A stretch of DNA of 64,000 bases from a bacterium (GTDB lineage: Bacteria > Auribacterota > Tritonobacteria > UBA1439), in NCBI GenBank assembly GCA_028716845.1, contig JAQUPF010000004.1, positions 128,730 through 192,729 of the forward strand. The letters run 5' to 3'. Positions within the stretch are counted from its first letter, which is position 1. Every line of letters begins with the position of its first letter. The notes below the pieces were generated by a model, which was not told the DNA's origin, made no database searches, and saw nothing but the letters and a program-made list of their open reading frames with translations. Position numbers and translations under genes: made by a program. Below, piece after piece: positions 20,818 through 31,898 of this stretch.

Positions 20818-21669
20818 CTACATGGCGACTCTCGGGTAGAGCCGGCTGCCGGCGATGACCAGCAGCGTCGTCACGGCGGCGAGCACCGCGAAATCCACTC
20901 CCAGGCCGAAGTGGGACGTTCCGCCCACGGGCATGAGCGCCCGGAGCGCGTCCACCTCGTAGCTCAGGGGGTTGAACCTCGCGAGGGCCCGCATCCATCC
21001 CGGCATGACCGCGATGGGGTAGATGGCGTTGCTGATGAGGAAGACCGGCATCGTCAGCAGCTGGCCGATCCCCATGAACCGCTCGCGTGTTTTCACGATG
21101 CACGCGATACCCAGGGAAAAGGTGGAGAAGAGGACTGCCCCCAGGACCACGAGCATGACGACACCCAGGAGCGTGAAGGGGGACCAGTTGATCGGGATCT
21201 GAAGAAATGAGGCCACGAGATAGATGATGAAGCACTGGGCCAGGCCGCGGATTCCGGCCGCCAGGCCCTTTCCCAGCACAATGGCCGAGCGGGGCGTCGG
21301 CGACACGAGGAGTTTGTGGACGATCCCCAGGTCCCTTTCCCAGATGATGGAGATTCCGCAAAATATGGCGATGAAGAGAACGCTCTGGGCCAGGACGCCC
21401 GGCGCGAGAAACGCCCTATAGGACAGGTCGTCGGAGGGAATTGACCTGAGCCGGCCGAACACGCCCCCGAAGACCAGCAACCACAGCGCCGGCTGGCAGG
21501 CCCGGGTGATGACCTCCATGTAGTCATGGCGCAGTTTCCGTATGTCCACTTCCACGATGGCGAGCGTCTTTGAGAGGAATCGCGTGAGTTTCCTCCGGAA
21601 GGCCCGTGGCCGGAACGGCTCCTCTTCAGCCGAGACGGCGTATGGTGCGCCGCCTTTTCGAGATTTCAT
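20818..21669 (-). CDS. ABC-2 type transporter permease
   Basis: It has six predicted TM helices and ABC-2 family composition. It overlaps the upstream ATPase gene. Confidence 0.7.
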   Translation of the reverse strand: MKSRKGGAPYAVSAEEEPFRPRAFRRKLTRFLSKTLAIVEVDIRKLRHDYMEVITRACQPALWLLVFGGVFGRLRSIPSDDLSYRAFLAPGVLAQSVLFIAIFCGISIIWERDLGIVHKLLVSPTPRSAIVLGKGLAAGIRGLAQCFIIYLVASFLQIPINWSPFTLLGVVMLVVLGAVLFSTFSLGIACIVKTRERFMGIGQLLTMPVFLISNAIYPIAVMPGWMRALARFNPLSYEVDALRALMPVGGTSHFGLGVDFAVLAAVTTLLVIAGSRLYPRVAM

Positions 21670-22426
21670 GGAAGTCACCCCCTGTCTCCAGTTCCCCCCC
21701 GGTGTAATGGCTGAACACGTCCGTCAGCGTGGCCCCCTCCGGGCCGATGGAGGCCTTCAACTCCAGCGGCGTGCCCGCGGCGGCCATCTTCCCATGGGAC
21801 AGAATGGCGAGCCGGTCACAGAGGCTGTCCGCCTCCTCCATGGAGTGGGTGGTCAGGACCACCGTCGTCGGGTGGCGCGTTTTCAGGGACATGAGGTATT
21901 CCCAGACCGCACGGCGGGCAACCGGGTCCAGCCCGACGGTCGGTTCATCCAGGAAGAGAACGGAGGGCCGGTGGAGCATGGCCTGGGCGATCTCCAGCCG
22001 CCTGATCATGCCGCCGGAGTATTGGCGCACCAGGCGGTCCGCCGCATCCACGAGGCCCATCGTGTGGAGGGCCGCCTCCACGCGCCCGGCCCGCTCTCCC
22101 CGCGGGATGTCATAGAGCTTGGCGGAGAGGACCAGATTTTCACGGCCGGTCAGCGTTCCGTCGGCGGAGACCATTTGCGGCACGTAGCCGATGGCGCGTC
22201 TGACCCCTGCGGCGTCCCGTGTGATGTTCAGGCCGGCCACCGAGGCCGTCCCGGCAGTGGGAGGCAGAAGCGTCGTGAGCATCTTCATGATCGTCGTCTT
22301 CCCCGCGCCGTTGGGGCCCAGAAGGCCGAAGATCTCCTTCCGGCGGACGGCGAACGTCAGGTGATCCACCGCCCGCAGCGAGCCGAAATCGCGCGTGAGT
22401 GATTCGGTCTCCAGAACAAATTCCAT
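21626..22426 (-). CDS. ABC transporter ATP-binding protein
   Basis: Walker A is GPNGAGKTT. The signature motif is YSGGMIRRLEIAQA. Walker B is VLFLDEPT. The H-loop is TTHSMEEA. Confidence 0.85.
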   Translation of the reverse strand: MEFVLETESLTRDFGSLRAVDHLTFAVRRKEIFGLLGPNGAGKTTIMKMLTTLLPPTAGTASVAGLNITRDAAGVRRAIGYVPQMVSADGTLTGRENLVLSAKLYDIPRGERAGRVEAALHTMGLVDAADRLVRQYSGGMIRRLEIAQAMLHRPSVLFLDEPTVGLDPVARRAVWEYLMSLKTRHPTTVVLTTHSMEEADSLCDRLAILSHGKMAAAGTPLELKASIGPEGATLTDVFSHYTGGELETGGDFHEISKRRRTIRRLG

Positions 22427-22879
22427 GGTGTTCCCTCGCACAGCGTCTCTAGTGGGCGGAGGACGCGTGCCGCGGGCGCGCCGGAGGCGGCCCGGGGCGA
22501 TGCGGGCTTCCGCGAGAACGAATTGTGAGCCCGCGCGGGATTCAGCGTGCGGCGCCGGCATGTTCCTCTTCTCCGTTGTGCGGGGGCGAGAAGACGCCCG
22601 CCGGCCGCCGTGTCTCAAATTGCGTGGATACTAGCATGTCCCGGGGATGCGATGAACCGGTTTTCGGCATGAATGTGCCGGGGATGCGGCGCCGGTTGCC
22701 CGCGTATAACTGGATGAAAGCGCGTGGCATTCCGAAAGAAAGGAGGCGCACGGCGCGGGGACAGCGGTGAATTGCCGGGGTGATCGAAAGAGACGCCCGT
22801 GGGTATTGAAATCTTGGCATCGGGAGAAAGTGGCATGATGAGGAACAGGCCGTCCGGGCCTTCCGGGGAGGGATCGATC

Positions 22880-23215
22880 ATGAAGAAGACACTGTGCGCG
22901 ACGCTGGTCCTGCTGCTGCTCGCGGCATCGTCCGCCTTCGCCCGGCCGCGGCACCACCGGCACGGGTACCGGGGCCGCTACCGCCCCGGCTGCTCTGTCC
23001 CGGCGATCGTCGGCTCGGCCATCGGCGCCGGTCTCGGCGCGTACTGCGCGACCCGCTCATGGGACTCATGCGACCGTCCGTACGCCTACTCCCCCGCCCC
23101 CGTCTACTACTCTCCGCCGCCGCCGTACTACGCCCCGTACGCGTACGGCTATTACGTCTACCCGTCACCCTCGGTCTATGTTCGGGAATGCTACGTCCTC
23201 CCTCCCGGGTACTGA
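22880..23215 (+). CDS. Small secreted Tyr/Pro-rich protein
   Basis: The RBS GGGGAGGGA precedes signal peptide MKKTLCATLVLLLLAASSAFA. It has a glycine-zipper SAIGAGLGAY and a Y/P-rich C-terminus. Confidence 0.5.
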   Translation: MKKTLCATLVLLLLAASSAFARPRHHRHGYRGRYRPGCSVPAIVGSAIGAGLGAYCATRSWDSCDRPYAYSPAPVYYSPPPPYYAPYAYGYYVYPSPSVYVRECYVLPPGY

Positions 23216-23256
23216 AGACGTATTGCGGGACTGTTCGCGATTGATTGTGCTGCATG

Positions 23257-23332
23257 GATATTCGCCTCGCCGGCCCCGCGGGGCGAATAATGTTCCATCT
23301 CACTGGAAACAGGCTGGTTACATACATCGCCC
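23257..23332. repeat. PRE copy D (central hairpin plus right arm)
   Basis: ATTCGCCtcgccggccccgcGGGGCGAATAATGTTCCATCTCACTGG...GGTTACATACATCG. Confidence 0.6.
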
Positions 23333-23460
23333 GAAGCAGGGGCGCAGGCGGACGTATCCGACCGGAAGAATCAGATCCCTACAACGCCCTTATAACGTAT
23401 AATGTTGTCTGCACAGGACGCCAAGATCCGATTCGTATTGCTTGTGCAAAGGACGATTGC

Positions 23461-24948
23461 ATGGGTATTTTTTTGATCAACATTCGCGATCCGCAATTTT
23501 TCGCGTCCGCGAAGACGACCCGCGCCGGGAACGGGAACATCCGCGTGACCGGTTTCCCGCCGATCGGGATCATGTCGCTCTCCGCCGTGCTCAAGCGCGC
23601 CGGCCACGAGTGCGTCATGTTCGACCAGGCCAATCCCGAAACGCCCGATGACGTGATCGTCGAGGAGATCCGCCGGCGGCGACCGGCGCTCGTCGGCTTG
23701 AGTTTCCTGAGCACGACCAGCTATCCGTACGCGAAGGTCCTCGCCCGCCGGATCCGGGACGCCGACGCGAACGTGCGGCTGGCGTTCGGCGGCGTGTTCG
23801 CCACGCTGAACGCCGAGCAGGTGAAGCTCCAGTGCCCCGAGGTGGACTTCGTCTGCCGCGGCGACGGCGAGCAGCTCATCCTCGATCTCGCGGAGCATCT
23901 GGATGATCCCGCCGGTGTCGCGGGTCTCACCTGGATGAAGGATGGCCGGGTGCTGCATAACCCCAACCGCTCGATGGACCATGACCTCGATCAGTGGCCG
24001 TTCCCCGACCGCGACGGCCTTCCGCTGGAGTTTGTCGAGTCGATGCCGCTCGACGTGCCGGTGGTCCTGTCGACGGATCGCTTCACGACCGTGCAGACCT
24101 CCCGCGGCTGCCCCTGGCAGTGTACATTCTGCGACGTCCCGATCTTCGGTGAGGGGAAGTGGCGCTCGCGCAGTCCGCGGCATGTGGTCGCCGAGCTGGC
24201 GCACCTGCGGCAGCGCGGCTACAGGTCCGTCTCCTTTGTCGACGACAACTTCCTCCTGGATCCCGCGAGGATCGGGGAGATCTGCAAGGGGATCCGCGAT
24301 GCCGGCATCGATATCCGGTGGGGCTGCGAGGGACGGGTCGACTCGGTGGTCCAGCACCTCTTCCCCGCAATGGCGAAGGCGCACTGTCATGCGCTCCTGT
24401 TCGGCATCGAGAGCGGCAGCCAGCGGGTGCTCAACCGGCTCAGGAAGCGGCACACGGTGGCGGAGGTCGCGAGCGCGATCAGGAATGCAAAGCGGGCGGG
24501 CATCGAGCTCGTGCACGGGTTCTTCGTCATCGGCGTCCCCGATGAGACCATCGAGGACATCAAGGCGACCTTCGACTTCGCGGCAAGACTCCGGCTGGAT
24601 ACCTTCTCGTTCAACCGCCTGTGCGTCTACCGCGGCTCGCCGCTCTGGCGGGAGTACGTGGGGCGCGGCCTGATCAACGACTCGACCGACTGGTTCAAGT
24701 ACTTCAAATGTTCGGAGATCGATCCCACCTGCCTCTCCGGTGAGGCGGTCAACCGCGCGCGCATCGTCGGCCTGCGGCGGCTCCTCCTCTACAAGTTCAC
24801 GCATTATCCGATCAATACGCTGCGAACGCTGTGGCGCCTCGCCCGCCATACGCCGATACGCGACATCCTGTATTTCATCCTCAAGCCTTACCTCGGGAGC
24901 AAGCGCGGTGCGACGAAGGCGGAACGGATGTCGCGCGCGGTTATGTAG
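23461..24948 (+). CDS. B12-binding domain radical SAM protein
   Basis: The N-terminal cobalamin-binding fold is followed by the radical SAM cysteine triad TSRGCPWQCTFC. Confidence 0.8.
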   Translation: MGIFLINIRDPQFFASAKTTRAGNGNIRVTGFPPIGIMSLSAVLKRAGHECVMFDQANPETPDDVIVEEIRRRRPALVGLSFLSTTSYPYAKVLARRIRDADANVRLAFGGVFATLNAEQVKLQCPEVDFVCRGDGEQLILDLAEHLDDPAGVAGLTWMKDGRVLHNPNRSMDHDLDQWPFPDRDGLPLEFVESMPLDVPVVLSTDRFTTVQTSRGCPWQCTFCDVPIFGEGKWRSRSPRHVVAELAHLRQRGYRSVSFVDDNFLLDPARIGEICKGIRDAGIDIRWGCEGRVDSVVQHLFPAMAKAHCHALLFGIESGSQRVLNRLRKRHTVAEVASAIRNAKRAGIELVHGFFVIGVPDETIEDIKATFDFAARLRLDTFSFNRLCVYRGSPLWREYVGRGLINDSTDWFKYFKCSEIDPTCLSGEAVNRARIVGLRRLLLYKFTHYPINTLRTLWRLARHTPIRDILYFILKPYLGSKRGATKAERMSRAVM

Positions 24949-24996
24949 ATCGGACGCCGCACGGAAGCGGTTGCAGGGCAGGATAGATACGATCTC
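24944..24996. repeat. PRE copy N (degenerate left arm) overlapping the rSAM stop
   Basis: GTAGATCGGACGCC...GGTTGCAGGGCAGGATAGATACGATC. The CAGGATAGATACG core is shared with copies A, B and K. Confidence 0.35.
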
Positions 24997-25003
24997 CGCG
25001 AAC

Positions 25004-26479
25004 ATGCCCATCACCGCCACGATGCTCTACAACCTGGTCCAGTGCCCGCACCGGGTCAGCATGGACCTCCACGGCGATCCCGGCGCGCGGGATCCCGTCA
25101 GCCCCTTCGTCCAGCTCCTCTGGGAGAAGGGCTGCGATTTCGAGGAGGAGGTCATCGAGGGCCTCCGGGTGCCGTTCACGAATCTCCGCCCCTTCAGCGA
25201 GGAGGAGCGGGAGCGCCGCACGCTCGAGGCGATGCGGCGCGGGGATCCGCTCATCTACGGCGGGCGCGTACGGGCCGACGACCTCCTCGGCGACCCGGAT
25301 CTCCTGCGGATGGGCGGCGGCGGCTATGTCGCGGGCGACATCAAGAGCGGCGCCGGTCTCGAGGGCGAGACCGATGCGGCGGACGGAAGGCCCAAGCGAC
25401 ACTACGCCGTCCAGCTCTCCCTCTACACCGACATCCTGGAGCGGATGGGGTGCTCCGGAGGCCGCACCCCCTTCATCTGGGACATCCGCGGCAGGGAGGT
25501 CCCGTACGACCTCGACGCCCCCGAGGGGGAGCGGAAGACCGGCACCCTCTGGGAAATCTACCGCGACGCCCTCGCCGAGGCGCGGGCGATCGCCGCCGGG
25601 GGCGGCCGCACCGTGCCGGCGCTCGCGGGGATCTGCAAGCTGTGCCGGTGGCGGACCGCCTGCTCGAAGGAACTGGAGGGGCGCGACGACCTGACGATGC
25701 TGCCCGAACTCGGCAGGTCCCGGCGCGACGCGATGATCCACGCCCTTCCCACGGTCGGGGCCCTCGCCGCGGCGGATCTCGGCCGCTACATCCGCGGCGC
25801 GAAGACGGCGTTCCGGGGCATCGGCCCCGAGACGCTCAGGAAATTCCAGGAGCGGGCGATACTCCAGAAGACGCCGCGGGCGAGGCCGCGCCTCAAGGCG
25901 CCGGTCGACCTGCCGCGGGCCGACACCGAGCTCTTCTTCGACATCGAGACGGACCCGATGCGGGACATCTGCTACCTCCACGGCTTCGTCGAGCGCCGGG
26001 GCGGCGACACGAATGGCGAGCGCTACGCGGCGTTCCTGGCCGCGCGGCCGACGGAAGCCGAGGAGCGGCGCGTCTTCGCGGAGTCCTGGGCCTACATCCG
26101 GTCGGCACGGCCGTGCGCGATCTACTACTACTCGCACTACGAGCGAACGTACTGGCGGAAGTTGCAGGCAAGGTATCCCGACGTCGCCTCCGCCGCGGAG
26201 ATCGAGGGGCTGTTCGGATCCCCCTCGACGGTGGACCTCTACGGCGACATCGTGCGCTCCCGGATGGTCTGGCCCACCCGCGACCACTCGGTCAAGACGC
26301 TTGCGAAATATCTCGGCTTCAAGTGGCGCGACACCGATCCCTCCGGCGCCGCGTCGATCGAATGGTACCACCGCTGGGTTCAATCCGGAGACGATGCCAT
26401 CCGCCGGCGCATCCTCGACTACAACGAGGATGACTGCATTGCCATGCGCGTCCTTCTCGACGCCATCCGCACCCTGTAG
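25004..26479 (+). CDS. RecB-family nuclease, TM0106 family (COG2251)
   Basis: The N-terminal Cys-containing PD-(D/E)xK region is LYNLVQCPHRV...GDIK. The C-terminal RNase-H-like region ends with YNEDDCIAMRVL, typical of TIGR03491. Confidence 0.65.
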   Translation: MPITATMLYNLVQCPHRVSMDLHGDPGARDPVSPFVQLLWEKGCDFEEEVIEGLRVPFTNLRPFSEEERERRTLEAMRRGDPLIYGGRVRADDLLGDPDLLRMGGGGYVAGDIKSGAGLEGETDAADGRPKRHYAVQLSLYTDILERMGCSGGRTPFIWDIRGREVPYDLDAPEGERKTGTLWEIYRDALAEARAIAAGGGRTVPALAGICKLCRWRTACSKELEGRDDLTMLPELGRSRRDAMIHALPTVGALAAADLGRYIRGAKTAFRGIGPETLRKFQERAILQKTPRARPRLKAPVDLPRADTELFFDIETDPMRDICYLHGFVERRGGDTNGERYAAFLAARPTEAEERRVFAESWAYIRSARPCAIYYYSHYERTYWRKLQARYPDVASAAEIEGLFGSPSTVDLYGDIVRSRMVWPTRDHSVKTLAKYLGFKWRDTDPSGAASIEWYHRWVQSGDDAIRRRILDYNEDDCIAMRVLLDAIRTL

Positions 26480-26560
26480 TGTTCCGGGGTATGCGGGGTC
26501 GGACCACGATAACTCTTTCCGGTGGAATGAGATAAGCATATTTTCGGCACGGGATGGGAC

Positions 26561-26635
26561 AGGGGCGTTCGCCCCGCAGGGGCGAATATGATTCCATCCT
26601 ATTGAAGCCGGGCGGATTCCATACAACGTCTACTC
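26561..26635. repeat. PRE copy E (central hairpin plus right arm)
   Basis: GTTCGCCCCgcaGGGGCGAATATGATTCCATCCTATTG...CCATACAACGTCTAC has a perfect 8-bp central inverted repeat. Confidence 0.75.
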
Positions 26636-26663
26636 TTGACCGGGGCAATAAAGAGGGTATAAT
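26636..26663 (+). promoter_or_regulatory. Sigma70-type promoter for typA (-35 TTGACC, 16-bp spacer, -10 TATAAT)
   Basis: TTGACC at 26636-26641 abuts the right end of PRE copy E. TATAAT is at 26658-26663, about 105 bp upstream of the typA ATG. Confidence 0.55.
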
Positions 26664-26770
26664 GCGGCAAGAGTAGTGGTATTCAGAGGGCAGAACTGAC
26701 CGCAAGGTGTTCAGTTATGCACCGTGCGGTTTTTCTGTGCGCCGCCGTTCCGGCAAGCGGGATTCGGCCC

Positions 26771-28693
<1,923 letters not shown>

Positions 28694-28775
28694 ACACGTA
28701 TTCGCCCCCCGCGGGACCCGGAAAGGCGAATTAATCCACACCATCCCGCGCCCATGGCATACAATGTCGATATCC

Positions 28776-29516
28776 ATGAAGAAGCTGCTCCACGCGCTGT
28801 ATCAACCATATAAGTGGCTGTTCTTCTTCCCTTATCTCGTTGTATCCACGATCGTTTTCGCCCTGGCGGCCATGCTCCTGGCCGCCGTCGCGAATGCCAG
28901 GATCGCCAGTTTCGTGGGCGGGGTGATTTGGGCCAGGCTGATCACCTGGTTGACTCCCGTGCTGGTGGAGGTTGTCGGGAGGGAGAATATCGATACGGGG
29001 CAGTCGTACGTCGTTATTTCGAACCACCGGAGTTTCTACGATATCTTCATCCTGTACGGCCGGCTGGGAATGGACATCAAGTGGATCATGAAACGGGAGT
29101 TGAAGAAGATCCCGTTCCTCGGCATCGCCGCTGAAACAGTCGGCCACATATATGTCGACAGGTCGAACATACGATCGGCGCTCGCCCTGGTAAAGGCGGT
29201 CAAGTCGAAGATGACGCGCGGCACATCCGTGGTCTTTTTCCCGGAGGGGACGAGGAGCAAAACCGGAGAAATGGGCGCCTTCAAGAAAGGCGCGTTTCTC
29301 ATCGCCGTTGATCTCGGACTCCCCATCCTCCCGGTGACCATAATCGGAACGGAAGGCATACTGCCGGCGAACACCATGGATCTGTTTCCCGGACGGGTGA
29401 AAGTGATCATCCACAAGCCGGTTCCTACCGCCGGCTGTCATCAGAATGACATCCAGGAATTGGCGGGCAGGGTGAGGGAGGTGATTCAATCAGGATGTCG
29501 CGGACGTCGCATCTGA
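28776..29516 (+). CDS. plsC: 1-acyl-sn-glycerol-3-phosphate acyltransferase
   Basis: The LPLAT motifs NHRSFYD and FPEGTRS are present, with an N-terminal TM helix. Confidence 0.8.
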   Translation: MKKLLHALYQPYKWLFFFPYLVVSTIVFALAAMLLAAVANARIASFVGGVIWARLITWLTPVLVEVVGRENIDTGQSYVVISNHRSFYDIFILYGRLGMDIKWIMKRELKKIPFLGIAAETVGHIYVDRSNIRSALALVKAVKSKMTRGTSVVFFPEGTRSKTGEMGAFKKGAFLIAVDLGLPILPVTIIGTEGILPANTMDLFPGRVKVIIHKPVPTAGCHQNDIQELAGRVREVIQSGCRGRRI

Positions 29517-29598
29517 CCCGCCCGGCGCGCACGAAAGGATGATGCCCCGCGCAACACGAACGGGGCAGGCCCATATTGAGCCGGGGCGCGGAGGACGC

Positions 29599-30327
29599 CT
29601 AGGGCTTGACGGCGAAATCCCAGCCCATCTGGATCGCCAGCCAATGCGGGAGAAGCATGACAGACCGGGAGTAATCCCAGCCCGCGCGTTCGATATATTC
29701 CCGTATCGTCGCCGAATACCGGTTTCCCGCGTCCGCGATGGACGTGATCGCCGTCGGATGGGGGCCGATCTTCGGGTCGTTTGTCACGCGGCAGGAATCG
29801 GGATGCGAACGGACATAATGGGTTCGGCACACGACCGGCCTCACCGGATAGGCGCTGCACGCGCCGCCTACCAGCAGGGGGCAACAATGGTCGTAACGGG
29901 AAAAATCCGTGCGCCCGCTGATGTCGGCCGGCGGACGGCTGCCCGGCCTGTAGTCGTTCCACTCATGCCATCGTTTCGTTCGGATCCGGAGGCTGCGTAT
30001 CCGGCCGGTCGAAAATTCCCGCCTGACATACTGCGCCAGGGCGTGGGCCTCCGCGACGTTCGTGACGATATGATGCCGGCAGCAGTGTGAACATCCCCGC
30101 GTGCACGCGGGGATGACGCCGTCCCCGCGACGCAGCCGGTCCAGCTCGCGCGCGATCGCTGAATCCAGCGATGCATAGACGCTGTTGACGAATTTCTCCT
30201 GCGGCGTGATCGGGGTATCGGCTCCGATTGTTTCATCGGCCGTCCGGGGACGGGCATTCTCTATCACATTCATTATCATTCTTTTCGCAGCAGCGGCTTT
30301 CTGCAGCCATGGTTCACGAAGATCCAT
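29599..30327 (-). CDS. YkgJ-family cysteine-cluster (Fe-S/Zn-chelating) protein
   Basis: CTRGCSHCC...C and a later CxxxxC match the UPF0153/COG0727 CxxCxxCC pattern. Confidence 0.6.
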   Translation of the reverse strand: MDLREPWLQKAAAAKRMIMNVIENARPRTADETIGADTPITPQEKFVNSVYASLDSAIARELDRLRRGDGVIPACTRGCSHCCRHHIVTNVAEAHALAQYVRREFSTGRIRSLRIRTKRWHEWNDYRPGSRPPADISGRTDFSRYDHCCPLLVGGACSAYPVRPVVCRTHYVRSHPDSCRVTNDPKIGPHPTAITSIADAGNRYSATIREYIERAGWDYSRSVMLLPHWLAIQMGWDFAVKP

Positions 30328-30407
30328 GATGATTGTAGCAGTATGCCGGGCCCTTTGCCATGCGGAGGCTGCATGGAACTGATTGCGATTGAAGGCGGCA
30401 CAAAGAC

Positions 30408-30485
30408 ATTCGCCCCGCGCGGCATGGGGGGCGAATAACCTTCCATCCTGTTGCAGACGTTGTGGTTACATACAACGTCTCCACT
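30408..30485. repeat. PRE copy F (central hairpin plus right arm)
   Basis: TTCGCCCCgcgcggcatgGGGGGCGAATAACCTTCCATCCTGTTGCAGACGTTGTGGTTACATACAACGTCTCC. Confidence 0.7.
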
Positions 30486-30665
30486 CGTGTATCATTGCCG
30501 CAGGACGGCGCCGCGGAGGGAGGCATGAGGGCATGAATCCGTGCACCTGCGCGCGGCGACCCTCGGCGGTGTCGATTCCGGAGAGGTCCGGCTGATGGGG
30601 AAACGGCTGTGAGAACGAACGGACTTCGCGCGGGACCGCCCGGTCCCGAAAACGATGCATCCAAA

Positions 30666-30740
30666 ATTGCCCCGCGGTTCCGGCAGGGAGAATTACCCTC
30701 CATCACTCTTGCCTGCAACGGGTTGCATAATACGTCTTTG
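30666..30740. repeat. PRE copy G (degenerate)
   Basis: ATTGCCCCGCGG...GAGAATTACCCTCCATCACTCTTGCC...GGTTGCATAATACGTCTT. Confidence 0.4.
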
Positions 30741-31679
30741 CCGGCAATCCTCGTCGCCGTGGTGACCGTCGCGGGGTGCGCGAGCCCCCCCGCGCTCCGC
30801 TGCGTCGACATGGACGCGCGAGGAGGCCGGCTCCTCCCCCTGGGGCTCAGCCCGGCGCGCGTGTACGGCATCGGCCTCTCCTACGCCGGCCACGCCGGGG
30901 AGACCGGCCTCCGGCGCCGCGCGCGCACGGGACCCCCGGTATTCGAGAAGGGCCCGTCCTCGCTCAATGCGATGGGCCGCCCGGTGCGGATGCCGTCGAG
31001 GGCCGAGCTCATCGACGCCCTCGAGCGGCTCGAGCCGGGTCTCGGGCGGAGGGCGGACAGGGAGTTCGCCGATCTCCCGGCGCTGCTCGATTACGAGGCC
31101 GAGCTCGCCTTCGTGCTGCTCGAGGACGTGGACTGGCGGCGGATCGACGAGCGGGCCTACGCCCCCCGGATGGGCTTCTTCATCGCGAACGACCTCTCCG
31201 CCCGCTCCGTCGCGGTACTGGGCGAGGGACGGCCCGACCGCGATGCATTCTGGGGCGCGTCGAAGAGCTTCCGCGGTTTCATGCCGGTCGGGCCGACCAT
31301 GTGGGTGCCGGATGCGTTGTCCCTCGACGCGGTCGTCTGCGTAATCCTCACCACCGAGGTGAACGGCGAGGTGAGACAGCGCGACTCGACCGGAAGGCTC
31401 CTCTACACGCCGCGGCGGATGCTGAAGGCCGTCGCCGCGCGCTTCCCCGACGACCTCCCGGCCGAGGGGGATGTCATACTCACCGGCACGCCGGCGGGGG
31501 TGGCCCTGCGGGTGCCGGCGTGGAAGACCGCCCTCGCTGATCTCCTCGGCATCGACCGGTTCGCCCGGCTGTCATCCGTCATCGGGATGGCGGAGCGGAG
31601 CGGCCGGTTCCTCGCCCCCGGCGACGAGGTGACCGTCTCGGGCGGTCCGCTCGGCTCGGTGACCACTGTCATCGAGTAG
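30738..31679 (+). CDS. Fumarylacetoacetate hydrolase (FAH) family protein
   Basis: The FAH fold carries DYEAELAFVL, GTPAGV and a metal-binding acidic cluster. The start is uncertain. A TTG at 30738 gives the hydrophobic N-terminus LPAILVAVVTVAGC (lipobox-like). The longer ORF from 30609 runs through PRE copy G, and an alternative ATG is at 30810. The stop TAG lies inside a short PRE left-arm remnant. Confidence 0.6.
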   Translation: MPAILVAVVTVAGCASPPALRCVDMDARGGRLLPLGLSPARVYGIGLSYAGHAGETGLRRRARTGPPVFEKGPSSLNAMGRPVRMPSRAELIDALERLEPGLGRRADREFADLPALLDYEAELAFVLLEDVDWRRIDERAYAPRMGFFIANDLSARSVAVLGEGRPDRDAFWGASKSFRGFMPVGPTMWVPDALSLDAVVCVILTTEVNGEVRQRDSTGRLLYTPRRMLKAVAARFPDDLPAEGDVILTGTPAGVALRVPAWKTALADLLGIDRFARLSSVIGMAERSGRFLAPGDEVTVSGGPLGSVTTVIE

Positions 31680-31898
31680 ACGTTGTACTGAACTGCTTGG
31701 GACCATGGATGTTGCAAACATATTCGGCGCGCGCGGCGCCGAGGGCATACACGTCGAAGACGCCGCGCCGCTGTCACCGATGAACGGCATCCGCCCGGCG
31801 GCCGGACCTGCTCCCGATTCCCATTTGCGCCCGCGCCATCGGCGGTGTATGGTGTATGCGCAGTTTGCCGTTCACGCACCGTACAAGGGAGGCGCGCC

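Noticed and set aside
22430-22860. Possible riboswitch or structured leader with repeated CCGGGGATGCG motifs between divergent ABC and small-protein genes.
   Set aside because: Only two short repeats are present. There is no recognisable riboswitch consensus or convincing terminator or antiterminator pair. It is treated as an ordinary divergent promoter region.
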